Below are positions 29,520 to 39,759 of a stretch of DNA of 64,000 nucleotides, one piece after another. The position numbers and the translations under genes were made by a program. Numbering within the stretch: the stretch's first letter is position 1; each line of letters starts with the position of its first letter. The notes below the pieces were generated by a model. The model made no database searches. It was given only the letters and a program-made list of their open reading frames with translations, and had not been told where the DNA came from. Source of the DNA: Terriglobia bacterium (lineage in GTDB: Bacteria > Acidobacteriota > Terriglobia > 20CM-2-55-15); NCBI GenBank assembly GCA_963664115.2, contig CAXWPJ010000006.1, positions 303,784-367,783 of the forward strand, written 5' to 3'.

Positions 29520-31499
29520 TTACGCGGCGATGCCGTCAAGGATCTCGCGCACAGTCTCGGTGAGTTCGCTCAAGGGGAAGGGCTTGGGAAGGATTCCATC
29601 AATACCAAGAGTCTTGATGGCTGCCAGTCTGTCGGGAGCGGCATAGCCAGTTGCAACCAGCACTTTAGTATGGGGATGAAGCTGTCGAATCGACTTCAAC
29701 GCAGTGAGGCCGTCCATCACCGGCATGATCATGTCGAGGATCACAAGATCGACGTCTGCATTCATCCGGTCAAGGGCCTGGATCCCGTTTGAGGCCTTTA
29801 GAACGCGGTACCCAAGATCTGATAGAGAGATCTCCATCAGTTCCAGCAAGTGCGGTTCATCGTCCACGACCAGAATCGTTTCCCTGCCCTCGGATATTTT
29901 CGACTCGACGGCATTGGATGTCTTGACCGTTTTATTTGCCATGGGGAACCAGAGACGGAACTCCGTACCGGTCTCCGCGCTTGTCTCCACATCAATAGTC
30001 CCTTCGTGGCGTTTAACAGCGGCGTAGGCCATGCTGAGGCCAAGGCCCGTACCTCGGCCGCGTTCCTTCGTCGTGAAAAACGGGTCAAATATTTTGTCCA
30101 GAACTTCTGGTTCGATACCCGGCCCCGTGTCACGCACACTGAGTCGAACTCCTTGGTTTTCCGCTCGTGTCTGGAGCGTAATCAAACCTTCTCCCTCCAT
30201 GGCGTCGCGGGCATTGACGGCGAAATTGATCAACATCTGGGTCAGTTCGCCTTCATCGCCTTCGATCGTCGGCAGTGTGTCCGCAAGATCGAGTCGGATG
30301 CGAACCGTGCGTTCCAGTGTTTCTTTGAGCAGTTGCTCGGCGGACCGGACTACATCGTTCAGGAGTAAGGGTTCAACCGAAGGCGGTTCATCTCGAGCCA
30401 TTGCCAGAAGCTGCCCGGTCAACTGCGCGCCACGCTTGGATGCGTCCACGATTGCTTCGAGGCGCCGACTCCGCTTGTCCGGTGTGTCCCTCAACTGAAG
30501 TAACTCGGCGGTAGGCAATATGATTCCCAATATGTTGTTAAAGTCGTGCGCAATGCCACTGGCAAGTGTTCCGATGGATTCCATTTTCTGGGTGCGGGCC
30601 AGTTGGTGCGATAGTTTCTTCTGCTCGGTGATATCCCGCACGATCACTGAGACCCGGACTGAATCCGCGACCGCGCTCACCAGTCCGATGAGGGGTTCGT
30701 CGTTGCGGGAACGAAATTCCGCTTCGAAGTCTTGAACCGAACCGTCTTTCCGGACACGCCTTTCGAACCGTGTGGCAGTTTCGGGATTCACGAAAAGGTC
30801 CTTAAGGTCCGTCCACAGCTCAGGGGGCGGACCAAAGGCGCCGGTCGCTTGATTGGAATCGATGATACGGAGGTCCCTCGTGCAGATGTAGACAGGATCC
30901 TGCATCCGTTCCACAAATGTTCTGTATTTCGCTTCCGATGCCTTCAAGTCTTCATAGAGTTCGATGTTGGAGAGTGCACTGGAAAGTTGGGGAGCGACCA
31001 TCATCAACGTACGTTCCATGGCTGGAGAAATCGACGAGGGTTTTTCATCGGCCAAAATCAGTAGCGCCTGGCACATGTCACGGGCGAGGAGCGGGATGAA
31101 TAGCCATGATCGGAGTGTGCGGGGGAAGGGCCACAGGCTGTTGTCCAGATTTTCAGCGTCCAGATCCGGGAGAGCGACCGGTCCGGACTTGTCGGTGAAG
31201 TTACCGGGAATTGCGGCGAGGTCGAATGAGGCAGGGAAGCGTGTGTCACCGAAGACTTTCGATGTGGCCTGCAGTTCGTAGCGTTCATCGAGGCTTCGAC
31301 GGTACAGGAGCGCATGCTTCGATAGAGTTGCTTCCGCGATGACTTCAACCAACTCTTCCGACAGCTGGAGCGTCGAGGTGTGACGGCTGATCGCCTCACC
31401 TACGCGGCTGACGAAAGAAAGCTCGTCGACTTTCGAACGGAAAGCTGCATCGGCGTTCTCGAGCGCGGCGCTCAATGGCGAAACGGAATCATAGTGCAT
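29520..31499 (-). CDS. Hybrid sensor histidine kinase (GAF-PAS-HisKA-HATPase-REC)
   Basis: [41 protein letters not shown] and receiver VVDD..LDMIMP..K. Confidence 0.92.
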   Translation of the reverse strand: MHYDSVSPLSAALENADAAFRSKVDELSFVSRVGEAISRHTSTLQLSEELVEVIAEATLSKHALLYRRSLDERYELQATSKVFGDTRFPASFDLAAIPGNFTDKSGPVALPDLDAENLDNSLWPFPRTLRSWLFIPLLARDMCQALLILADEKPSSISPAMERTLMMVAPQLSSALSNIELYEDLKASEAKYRTFVERMQDPVYICTRDLRIIDSNQATGAFGPPPELWTDLKDLFVNPETATRFERRVRKDGSVQDFEAEFRSRNDEPLIGLVSAVADSVRVSVIVRDITEQKKLSHQLARTQKMESIGTLASGIAHDFNNILGIILPTAELLQLRDTPDKRSRRLEAIVDASKRGAQLTGQLLAMARDEPPSVEPLLLNDVVRSAEQLLKETLERTVRIRLDLADTLPTIEGDEGELTQMLINFAVNARDAMEGEGLITLQTRAENQGVRLSVRDTGPGIEPEVLDKIFDPFFTTKERGRGTGLGLSMAYAAVKRHEGTIDVETSAETGTEFRLWFPMANKTVKTSNAVESKISEGRETILVVDDEPHLLELMEISLSDLGYRVLKASNGIQALDRMNADVDLVILDMIMPVMDGLTALKSIRQLHPHTKVLVATGYAAPDRLAAIKTLGIDGILPKPFPLSELTETVREILDGIAA

Positions 31500-31507
31500 G
31501 TGCTTAC

Positions 31508-32329
31508 TTAAACCACCTTGAAGAAGTTATCGATATCTTCCGCCTTCGCGCGGAGGTGATCGGCGACTGCGTTCCAATCCTCCGAATCCCCGATGTCGCA
31601 TTCCGGATTCTCGCCGTCCAATCCCATTTGAAGTGAGGCTGCGACTCGATCGCTCATCTGTACGATGCCGGCCAGAGTATGGGTTCCAGGTCCTGCAACA
31701 GGGTCGCTGTGGTGATCGGCGACGGCCGCGACAAAGGATGCGGGCAGTTGCCAGCGCTCAGCAAGCCAGACACCGGCCTGAAGATGGTCGATACCCAGCA
31801 GGGTGCGTTCGACCGCCTCGCGTGTTCCACCCTCCTTGCTCAAAACTTCATGGACTCTTTCGTATTCTTTCGGAAATCCGGTGTCGAGGGCGAGCACTCC
31901 AATGTCGTGGAGAAGGCCAACGCAGAAGGCTTCATCCGGAGATGCGTTCCCGGATCGTTCGGCGAAAAACGATGTGGCATAGGCGACGGCCATCGAGTGC
32001 TTCCAGAAATCGGCTCGGTTGTCGTCACCCGAATTCCATCGATCCACTACGAATGCACATAGCGACAACTGCTTCAGCATCGTGGATCCTATGATTGACA
32101 CCGCGTGATTGAGAGTGCGGACCTCGGCCCGATGTCCGTAGTACGCAGAGTTGGCCAAACCTAGTACCTTCGCCGTTAGGCTCTGGTCACGAGACACAAT
32201 GGCTGCGAGTGTCTGATGGCTGCTCCGCTCGTCTTCTGCCGCCAGAAGAATCTTGCGAGCAACCACCGGCAGTGTGGGCAGATCGCGAAGCGCATAGATG
32301 CGCCTCTTGAAGTCAATGGCCGTCGACAT
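31508..32329 (-). CDS. HDOD-domain protein
   Basis: LPTLP, DQSLTAKVLGLANSAYY, FWKHS, GLLHDIG and WQLP. Confidence 0.92.
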   Translation of the reverse strand: MSTAIDFKRRIYALRDLPTLPVVARKILLAAEDERSSHQTLAAIVSRDQSLTAKVLGLANSAYYGHRAEVRTLNHAVSIIGSTMLKQLSLCAFVVDRWNSGDDNRADFWKHSMAVAYATSFFAERSGNASPDEAFCVGLLHDIGVLALDTGFPKEYERVHEVLSKEGGTREAVERTLLGIDHLQAGVWLAERWQLPASFVAAVADHHSDPVAGPGTHTLAGIVQMSDRVAASLQMGLDGENPECDIGDSEDWNAVADHLRAKAEDIDNFFKVV

Positions 32330-32346
32330 GCTATTCCCCCATCCTG

Positions 32347-32374
32347 TAATCGACAGTTCGACCGCCGAACTTTA
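32347..32374 (-). promoter_or_regulatory. Sigma-28 (FliA/SigD)-like promoter for the HDOD-kinase operon
   Basis: Minus strand TAAA-N16-GTCGATTA, 17 nt upstream of the HDOD start; consensus is TAAA-N15/16-GCCGATAA. Confidence 0.6.
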
Positions 32375-32485
32375 GGAATTTCTCCGATAGCAAACTGCGA
32401 AGAACGTCAGACGAGACCGGGCGTAAGATCGACGTAACAGCGCCGTAACAGATTGATTTTCAGGGATCTGACTCGTTTGGGCTGG

Positions 32486-32515
32486 TTGACAGCCTGTCAA
32501 TCGCTTCGATAAAAT
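32486..32515 (+). promoter_or_regulatory. Sigma-70 promoter of nadA with a palindromic operator over the -35 box
   Basis: TTGACA-N18-TAAAAT; TTGACAG-C-CTGTCAA palindrome at 32486-32500. Confidence 0.6.
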
Positions 32516-32611
32516 CAGGGGTCACGCATGATGAATGATTCCTTCTAGTGGCCCTTTGAGTCATGAGTGTTAAGTTGAATTAGTAAAGGTATTGAGCCGG
32601 TACCGAGGACC

Positions 32612-33700
32612 ATGTTTCAGACACTACTGCCCGAACATCTAACACGGTTGAGCGAAGACGAAACCGATCGCCGAATCAGCGAAGTCAGGGAGCGCCTGGG
32701 TTCTCGCTTGGTGATCCTCGGCCACCACTATCAACGGGACGAAGTGATTAAGTTTGCCGACCTTCGGGGGGATTCGTTCAAGCTTGCCCAATGGGCTTCC
32801 CAGCAGAAGGATGCTGAATACATTCTGTTCTGCGGCGTCCATTTCATGGCCGAGAGCGCCGACGTATTGAGTGCTTCCCACCAGAAGGTGATCCTGCCGG
32901 ATCTCGGTGCGGGTTGTTCGATGGCGGACATGGCTGCTCTGGATCAGGTGGAAACCTGTTGGGACGAACTCAGCAAACTGACGTCTGAAACTATCATTCC
33001 GATTACCTACATGAATTCTGCGGCCGACATCAAAGCGTTTTGTGGGCGTTATGATGGTGCTGTCTGCACATCCTCGAACGCGCCTGCTGTAATGCGTTGG
33101 GCTCTGGAGCGCGGGGACAAGATCCTGTTTCTTCCCGATCAGCATCTGGGCCGCAACACAGGCTATCAGCTGAGAATCCGTCTGGAAGAGATGTCGGTGT
33201 GGGACCCTTACGAGGAACTCGGAGGAAACACCCCTGAGGAATTGATCGAGAGCCGCATCGTCCTCTGGAAGGGCCATTGTTCCGTTCATGGGCGTTTCCT
33301 GCCCGAACACGTGGAGAGAGTGCGCGAACGGTATCCCGATATCCGGGTGATCGCCCATCCGGAGTGCCAGTTCGACGTTGTTCAGGCTTCCGATGCGGTG
33401 GGCTCCACCGAGCACATTATCAAGTGTGTGACGCAGTCACCTGTGGGCACCCAGTGGGCGATCGGGACGGAGATTCATCTGGTCAACCGTCTGCGAAACG
33501 AAAATCCGGACCGATTCATCATTCCCCTTGATGATTGCGGGTGCTTCTGCTCGACGATGTTCCGTATTGATCCCTCGCACCTGCTCTGGTCAATGGAGAG
33601 CCTGTTGGAAGATCGAGTGATAAACCAGATCTCGGTTTCCGACGAAGTGGCCCGTTGGGCTCGCGTTTCGTTGAACCGGATGCTGGAAATTACTCACTAG
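32612..33700 (+). CDS. nadA: Quinolinate synthase
   Basis: ILGHHYQ, FCGVHFMAE, AGCSMADM, YMNS, CSVH and HPEC. Confidence 0.95.
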   Translation: MFQTLLPEHLTRLSEDETDRRISEVRERLGSRLVILGHHYQRDEVIKFADLRGDSFKLAQWASQQKDAEYILFCGVHFMAESADVLSASHQKVILPDLGAGCSMADMAALDQVETCWDELSKLTSETIIPITYMNSAADIKAFCGRYDGAVCTSSNAPAVMRWALERGDKILFLPDQHLGRNTGYQLRIRLEEMSVWDPYEELGGNTPEELIESRIVLWKGHCSVHGRFLPEHVERVRERYPDIRVIAHPECQFDVVQASDAVGSTEHIIKCVTQSPVGTQWAIGTEIHLVNRLRNENPDRFIIPLDDCGCFCSTMFRIDPSHLLWSMESLLEDRVINQISVSDEVARWARVSLNRMLEITH

Positions 33701-33811
33701 CAGGTCGAGTGAATGCCAAGGTAGGAGTTAGGAGCGGATCGCGATGACTGCGGCAATCGGATCCCTTCTTAACTTTTAACTCATCGTTATGAACTCGACT
33801 TCACCGGAACA

Positions 33812-34090
33812 GTGGCCTCTACCTCCAGAAAAACCTTTACCATAAGTGGCATTGTCCAGGGTGTCGGTTATCGTTACTTCGCTTCGGTGGCGGCCCGGCG
33901 CCTCGAAATCCTGGGGTTCGCGAAGAACCTGCCTGGCGGCCAGGTCGAGGTCCTCGCTGAAGGTGAAACGGCGGCATTGGCTGCTTTTCGACGGGAACTG
34001 GAACGTGGGCCAGCCTCTTCCCGTGTGGACGCGGTTACCGAGTCCGAGCCTGAATTCTGGGAGCCATTTACAGCCTTCAATATTCTTTAA
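33812..34090 (+). CDS. acyP: Acylphosphatase
   Basis: GIVQGVGYRY, KNLPGGQVE and GPASSRV. Confidence 0.9.
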   Translation: MASTSRKTFTISGIVQGVGYRYFASVAARRLEILGFAKNLPGGQVEVLAEGETAALAAFRRELERGPASSRVDAVTESEPEFWEPFTAFNIL

Positions 34091-34108
34091 TCTCTGAGGT
34101 CTATTCAA

Positions 34109-34624
34109 ATGGATGAGTTTAAGAAATTGATCCGTGAAGTACCGGACTTTCCGAAGCCCGGCATCAATTTTTACGATATCACGACGCTGCTCAATCACCG
34201 GCCCGGCTTTTGCCGGCTCATCGATTACCTGACGCTTCAGACGCGCCCGATTCAGGCGGACTTTGTCCTGGGTATCGAAGCCCGGGGTTTTATATTCGCG
34301 CCGGCGCTGGCCTACAACCTCAACGCCGGGTTCATTCCGATCCGCAAGCCGGGGAAACTACCCGGAGAAACCGAAGCGGTGAGCTACGATCTGGAATACG
34401 GTACGGACACGCTTGAAATCCACAAAGGGGCGTTTCCCCAGGGAAGCCGGGTCATCATCGCCGATGACTTGCTGGCCACCGGTGGGACAGCTAGAGCAGC
34501 AGGCGAACTGGTGGAGAAGGCGGGTGGTGTTGTTGCCGGCTTTACGTTCGTCGTGGAGTTGGAGTTTCTAAACGGCAGGGAAAAGCTCAGCGGCTACGAG
34601 ACATTTTCGTTAATCCAGTACTGA
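34109..34624 (+). CDS. apt: Adenine phosphoribosyltransferase
   Basis: [30 protein letters not shown] and DDLLATGGT. Confidence 0.96.
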   Translation: MDEFKKLIREVPDFPKPGINFYDITTLLNHRPGFCRLIDYLTLQTRPIQADFVLGIEARGFIFAPALAYNLNAGFIPIRKPGKLPGETEAVSYDLEYGTDTLEIHKGAFPQGSRVIIADDLLATGGTARAAGELVEKAGGVVAGFTFVVELEFLNGREKLSGYETFSLIQY

Positions 34625-34652
34625 AAATGGGGTCAGAGCCCTATGTCCCCTT

Positions 34653-35720
34653 TTACTCGCGTTGGGTCGCCTCAGCCAATTCCTTCTCCAGCCTGAGCTG
34701 CGCCGCCCGGGCACAACCCTGCATGACCTGGAAATAACGCCCGACCCACTCCGTCCCGAGTTCGTAGGGATGAGGCCCGTCGCCGCGCCCCGCCAGCATT
34801 TTGTTCTTGCTGACGGCGTTATCAAACTCTGAGTGGTTCGAGAGGAGAACGCTCGCGCCGGTTGCCGCTGCCTGGTCCGCGATGTGCTGCTGCGACTCGA
34901 TATAGGACTGGAAGTTCCGGATGCCCGGGTCCGGAGTGTTGTTTACGAAGTTAAAGGCCGTGCCGCCTGAATAGGCCACGTTGATGGGCCGCCCATCGTC
35001 GAACACGGTAAAGGTGTAAGACAGCGTGCCCGGGGTATGGCCGGGGGTTTCCCAGACCGTTATGGTCGTGTCTCCCAGCGTGATCTCCATGCCATCGGTG
35101 GCGGCAATGTCGCGCATTGGAGCCATGGTCGCATAACGATTGGGGTAGGTTTCGACGAGCTCCCAGTCAGGCCCACCCATCACGACGCGGGCGTCGTAGC
35201 CCTCCTGCAGGAGCCTGGCCCCGCCGATGTGGTCACCATGGGCGTGGGAAATGATGACGTATCTGATGTCGTTGGGGTCGAGACCCAGCCGTTCCAGGCC
35301 TCCCACGATCAACTCCTCCGAGTTATAAGGGAAGATCGTGTCGATAATTATGATGCCTTCGCTCGTGGTCAGAGCCCAGGACGTGTGCAGCTTTCCTCCG
35401 ACAAAGTACAGATTGTCGAATACCTTTCGGGAGTCCGCGTACCAGATCTCCCGCGCAGGCACACTTGAGGGATCCGCTACATACCGCGGCACGTTGTTAG
35501 ATGTGTTGAGTCCGCCACTTTGAGGCAGAAGGCAAATCCGGGTCAAGGTTCCAAGGAACTCGAACCCGGCCGCAGATTTGGCCGACTGCAGCGCGTCCCG
35601 AATTTCCGCGTCAAAGTCTCTCGCGACAGTACGGGAATTCGGGGCTTCCTGCGCAAATACGCTGGAGGTGGCCAGTCCAACGATGACGGCAAGTGTCGTG
35701 AAAGTCTTCGCTACGTTCAA
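34653..35720 (-). CDS. Secreted metallo-beta-lactamase-fold hydrolase (B3-like)
   Basis: Signal peptide, HAHGDH, TPGHTPG and LLSNH; GGAGG RBS before TTG 35720. Confidence 0.85.
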   Translation of the reverse strand: MNVAKTFTTLAVIVGLATSSVFAQEAPNSRTVARDFDAEIRDALQSAKSAAGFEFLGTLTRICLLPQSGGLNTSNNVPRYVADPSSVPAREIWYADSRKVFDNLYFVGGKLHTSWALTTSEGIIIIDTIFPYNSEELIVGGLERLGLDPNDIRYVIISHAHGDHIGGARLLQEGYDARVVMGGPDWELVETYPNRYATMAPMRDIAATDGMEITLGDTTITVWETPGHTPGTLSYTFTVFDDGRPINVAYSGGTAFNFVNNTPDPGIRNFQSYIESQQHIADQAAATGASVLLSNHSEFDNAVSKNKMLAGRGDGPHPYELGTEWVGRYFQVMQGCARAAQLRLEKELAEATQRE

Positions 35721-35876
35721 TTTTAAAAACCTCCGTATCGACGGCTGGGCGTAGTAGGGGAACATCTGTGCACTGTCAATTTTGAAGAGAATCTATCCAC
35801 TTGGAGGACGGATTCTCCGCAGGATGACGGGTCGTTTAGTACACTGTCGAAATATCACATAGAAGGAAAGAAGAGA

Positions 35877-37106
35877 ATGCGAAAAGTGTTGGCTGCGTCC
35901 GCGATCATGGTCCTCGCGATGGGCTTGGAAGTTCCGGCCCAGGACTGGCCGCAGTTTTTCGGCCCGGAACGGAACGGTGTCTACAGCGGCCCGGAGTTGT
36001 CTGAGACCTGGGGACCGGAGGGTCCCCCGCTGGTCTGGAGGCGGGAGGTCGGTGAAGGGTTCAGTGGGCCCGTTGTCGCGGATGGCCGCGTCATCCTGTT
36101 CCATCGGGTGTCGGATCGTGAGGTTGTCGAAGCACTCGATCCGCAGACAGGAACGAATCTGTGGGAATACAGCTATCCAACGACTTACCGCGACGATTTC
36201 GGTTTTGACGAGGGACCCCGCGCTGTTCCAGTCGTCGCCGACGGTGTGGTGTACACCTTTGGTGCCCAGGGACAATTGCATGCTGTCGAGCTTGAAACGG
36301 GACAGGGGGTCTGGAGTGCGGACACCATGGGGCGCTTCGGCGTGGCCAAGAGTTTTTTTGGCGCCGGCGGATCGCCCTTAGTTGAGGATGGGAGAGTCAT
36401 TGCGAATATCGGCGGTCCCGATGGCGGGGTCGTAGCCTTCGACGCCGGAACCGGAGAGGTTCTCTGGACGGCCACAGAAGATGGCGCGAGTTATTCATCT
36501 CCCGTAGGCGCCACAATTTCAGGGAGCCGCTATGCGGTTTTCATGACGCGCAACGGTCTGGTTGGACTCGATCCTGCGACCGGAGAGGTCAGGTTCAGTC
36601 AACGGTGGCGGTCACGTTCGGCGTCGTCGGTGAACGCCGCGTCACCCGTCGTTGTTGACGATCTGATCTTCGTGTCTGCCGAGTACGGACCCGGTGCGGG
36701 AGTGCTGCGTTGGGATGGGGCACAACTCAACCCGCTGTGGAGCTCTAACGACGCACTCACAAATCATTACGCGACCAGCGTTTACTACGACGGGTACTTG
36801 TATGGATACCATGGCCGTCAGGAGTTCGGGCCTAGCCTCCGCGCTGTTGAATTCACGACTGGAGAGGTTGCGTGGAGCGAAGAGCAGTTTCGCGCGGGCA
36901 GCATCATTCTTGCAGGCGACCGCGTGTTGATTCTCCGGGAGGGCGGCGAACTCGTCCTCGCTCAGGCTTCGCCTGACGCGTTTCAGCCGATTGCACGCGC
37001 GCAACTTCTTCCGGCAACCGTGCGTGCCTACCCCGCACTTGCGAATGGCTTTCTCTACGTCCGGAATGAGACCACGCTCGCTTCGTTCGATCTGGGCCTC
37101 CAGTGA
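35877..37106 (+). CDS. PQQ-binding-like beta-propeller repeat protein
   Basis: Signal peptide, DWPQFFGP, repeated ALD..TG...W blades and SP motifs. Confidence 0.88.
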   Translation: MRKVLAASAIMVLAMGLEVPAQDWPQFFGPERNGVYSGPELSETWGPEGPPLVWRREVGEGFSGPVVADGRVILFHRVSDREVVEALDPQTGTNLWEYSYPTTYRDDFGFDEGPRAVPVVADGVVYTFGAQGQLHAVELETGQGVWSADTMGRFGVAKSFFGAGGSPLVEDGRVIANIGGPDGGVVAFDAGTGEVLWTATEDGASYSSPVGATISGSRYAVFMTRNGLVGLDPATGEVRFSQRWRSRSASSVNAASPVVVDDLIFVSAEYGPGAGVLRWDGAQLNPLWSSNDALTNHYATSVYYDGYLYGYHGRQEFGPSLRAVEFTTGEVAWSEEQFRAGSIILAGDRVLILREGGELVLAQASPDAFQPIARAQLLPATVRAYPALANGFLYVRNETTLASFDLGLQ

Positions 37107-37172
37107 AGAGATGAAGAGCGCAATGTCGTCGGATCGGGTTCTGTCTGCGAAAGGTCGCGAGGAAAGGCAAGA

Positions 37173-37790
37173 ATGTTTCGACCATTTTTAGCGATATTCA
37201 TATTTGTTGTTCCGATGGCCTCGCAGACTCCTGAGGATCCGCAGGTTATCCTCGCCCAGGCTATGAGCGATTTTGAGGCAGGCCGGATCGACGAGAGTGT
37301 TGCGGGATTCGATGCTGTGGCCAGGCTTGTCCCTCGCATCGCCCCTCAGCTCTGGCAACGCGGCATCGCCCTCTACTACGCCGGTCGATACGAGGACTGC
37401 CGGGCCCAGTTCGAATCGCACCGCACCGTGAACCCCAACGACGTCGAAAACGCAGCCTGGCATTTTCTCTGTGTGGCCCGTTCCGAATCTCCCGAAGCAG
37501 CCCGGTCTGCGCTGCTGCCTGTGGGACCCGACCGACGCATCCCGATGGGTGAGATCTACGAAATGTTCAGCGGCGACCTGAGTCCTGCGGAGGTGTTGCG
37601 GGCCGGGGGCGACGTACCCCTGGCACAGTTCTATGCCTATCTCTATGCCGGTCTCTATCTCGAGGCGCTTGGGGACGAGGAAGGCGGGCTTGCCTACATG
37701 CGGACCGCCGCGGAGGATCGATTCAGGGGAGGCGGATACATGCACACCGTTGCCCGGATTCACGCCGGCTTGATCGAGCGCCGGGATTAG
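37173..37790 (+). CDS. TPR / NlpI-like protein
   Basis: LWQRGIALYYAGRY, VNPNDVENAAWHF and FYAYLY.GLY. Confidence 0.8.
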   Translation: MFRPFLAIFIFVVPMASQTPEDPQVILAQAMSDFEAGRIDESVAGFDAVARLVPRIAPQLWQRGIALYYAGRYEDCRAQFESHRTVNPNDVENAAWHFLCVARSESPEAARSALLPVGPDRRIPMGEIYEMFSGDLSPAEVLRAGGDVPLAQFYAYLYAGLYLEALGDEEGGLAYMRTAAEDRFRGGGYMHTVARIHAGLIERRD

Positions 37791-37823
37791 TCCTTACGTC
37801 GCACAGGAGTGCTTCTGTCCGAA

Positions 37824-38732
37824 TTACTCTGACGACGTACACAACTCGGAACGGGCTGCCTCGCAGATCGCCACCACTGCCGGGTGCTGAACATGACGCT
37901 CGACAGAGATCGCGTAGAAGTGCTCGCTGACCTCATCGGTCGACCCGATGGGTTCGACCTGGTACTGTCGCGCAACCTCGTCCGCAATCACCGAAGGCAC
38001 TGTGAAGAATCCCGCACCTGCCTGACCGAAGACTTTGAGCAGTGCGCTGTCCTCGAACTCCCCAATGGTCACCGGTCGAACCTCTAGTGCGCTAAACCAG
38101 CCATCAAGCGCACGACGTAGAACGGCATTGTCACCGGGCAAGAGCACAGGCGCGCCGTCGAGCGATCTCGGAAATTCCGCTCGGAGGTGTCTCGCCAGAT
38201 CACCTCGTGCCATGAATGTGACGCCGCAGGTTCCAAGCTCATGGCTGTAGGCCCGCACACTCACACCGGGCGGAATCGCGGTGTCAGAGAGCACGACATC
38301 GACGTCGTGGACGGCAAGGGCTGCCAGGAGTTTCTCCGGCGGACCCTCGCGGCAGATGATTCGGACCTCCTCATCCAGGTGAAGTGCTGGCTCGATGAGT
38401 CGGTGGGCAACTAGCTTCGGCAAGACATCGGCCACTCCTACCACGAGCCTGAGCGGACGCCCAGTCGACTGTCCCCGAAACGTCTCTACAAGTTCGTGAC
38501 CGACCGAGAAGATTTTGTCGGCATATCCCAGGGCAACGCGACCGGCATCGGTGAGAATTAGGCCCCGGCCGGCGCGGCTGAAAAGCTTCTCTCCGATCGC
38601 CACCTCAAGATCGCGAATCTGCGTGCTGACAGTCTGAGGCTTGAGGTACAACTTTGCGCTGGCCCGCGTGAGATTGCCTTCGTGCGCGACGGCCCAGAAC
38701 AAGCGCAAGTGATGGTAGTTCAGGTTCTCCAT
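37824..38732 (-). CDS. nhaR: LysR-family transcriptional activator NhaR
   Basis: LNYHHLRLFW, VGVADVLPK, EFEDSALLKVFG and YAISVER..HPAV; RBS AAGGAG before ATG 38732; nhaA nearby. Confidence 0.9.
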   Translation of the reverse strand: MENLNYHHLRLFWAVAHEGNLTRASAKLYLKPQTVSTQIRDLEVAIGEKLFSRAGRGLILTDAGRVALGYADKIFSVGHELVETFRGQSTGRPLRLVVGVADVLPKLVAHRLIEPALHLDEEVRIICREGPPEKLLAALAVHDVDVVLSDTAIPPGVSVRAYSHELGTCGVTFMARGDLARHLRAEFPRSLDGAPVLLPGDNAVLRRALDGWFSALEVRPVTIGEFEDSALLKVFGQAGAGFFTVPSVIADEVARQYQVEPIGSTDEVSEHFYAISVERHVQHPAVVAICEAARSELCTSSE

Positions 38733-38783
38733 CGCTCCTTCCTTATATTCGATAATATCTGACAATATACTACATATTATCGA
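38560..38783. repeat. 224-bp direct repeat, copy A (nhaR 5' end plus operator)
   Basis: Matches 40539-40762 with two mismatches, read by eye. Confidence 0.92.
38749..38783. promoter_or_regulatory. Candidate NhaR/LysR operator in the divergent promoter
   Basis: TCGATAATAT-N15-ATATTATCGA perfect inverted repeat in an AT-rich region; one mismatch in the second copy. Confidence 0.55.
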
Positions 38784-38837
38784 CTTGTTCGAACGTGCAG
38801 TCTCTGTTCTGATTTAAGGACCATGGGGGGATCAAAC

Positions 38838-39153
38838 ATGCAGCAACTTGAAGTATCTGCGACCGGCATGGACCTGACCCAAGCCTACTTGCCCGTGTCG
38901 AGCGGCGCATCTGATTCGCACTGGGGACTTATGCGGGGCTGTCGAACGCTTCCACGTCCAGCTTTGCGACGACAACGGTCCGAAGGGCGGCTTAGACGAT
39001 ACGTGTAGCATCCTCGTTCAGCTTGTTGAGATTGAACCCATCGTCGTGCAGCAGATGGATGCCGACATCCGACCTGCTATCGATTGTGCGGCGGCGAGGA
39101 AGCTAGATCGAACGCTCACGGCGATGCTCGACCCTGGGGAGACCATCCAATGA
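38838..39153 (+). pseudogene. Degraded HPF/RaiA-family gene, paralog of 40826-41185
   Basis: Pieces in three frames (MQQLEVSATGMDLT / RVERRI*FALG / VERFHVQLCDDNGPKGGLDDTC...AIDCAAARKL) align to the intact copy; two frameshifts and one stop. Confidence 0.82.
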
Positions 39154-39163
39154 GGTGAAAACC

Positions 39164-39718
39164 ATGAAAGCCATTCTGCCCGCGCTCGACAACTTGCCTA
39201 GCGCGTATCGCGATTCGGCGATTAGCGATCTTCTCGCTTACCACAATCTAGGTATGGCGTATCGTCACCGTCCCTCCTCCCAAGCCAAACTGCTCGTCGG
39301 CATGTGCATGGACTACCGCAAACGGCTTCGGATTCCGGAAGACTTCGCCTACGTCATACGGACAGCCGGGGCCAACTTTCGTGGTCTTGAGTTCCAGATA
39401 TCCTTTGCCGTAGGGGTGGGAGGCGTGCGGGCAATCGCCGTCGTCGGCCACGATCAGTGCCGTATGAACGACCTGGCCGCCCAGCGGGACGCCTTCGTCT
39501 CGGGCTTGATCAAGGCAGGCTGGGAGCGACATGTCGCCGAGTTGCACTTCCAGGAGTGTGCACCCCGATTCGAGATTGGCGGTCCCGTAAAGTTCGCCTG
39601 CGCTCAGGCGCGCCACCTTCGGCAGCAGTATCCAAGAATCACGGTGGCGCCACTGCTGTACAAGCATGGCACCGACAGGCTCTACTTTATCGACGAAGAC
39701 AAAAGTGAGAAGACCTGA
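39164..39718 (+). CDS. Beta-class carbonic anhydrase, paralog 1
   Basis: CMDYR (CxDxR), RTAG and GHDQC (HxxC) zinc ligands. Confidence 0.85.
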   Translation: MKAILPALDNLPSAYRDSAISDLLAYHNLGMAYRHRPSSQAKLLVGMCMDYRKRLRIPEDFAYVIRTAGANFRGLEFQISFAVGVGGVRAIAVVGHDQCRMNDLAAQRDAFVSGLIKAGWERHVAELHFQECAPRFEIGGPVKFACAQARHLRQQYPRITVAPLLYKHGTDRLYFIDEDKSEKT

Positions 39719-39759
39719 CCAATGAGAAGGAGACACAAGGTGAACTTAGGAGGATAGCG

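Noticed and set aside
32521-32611. NAD+-I (nadA motif) riboswitch
   Set aside because: Conserved core not recognisable by eye; a covariance search is needed to exclude it fully.
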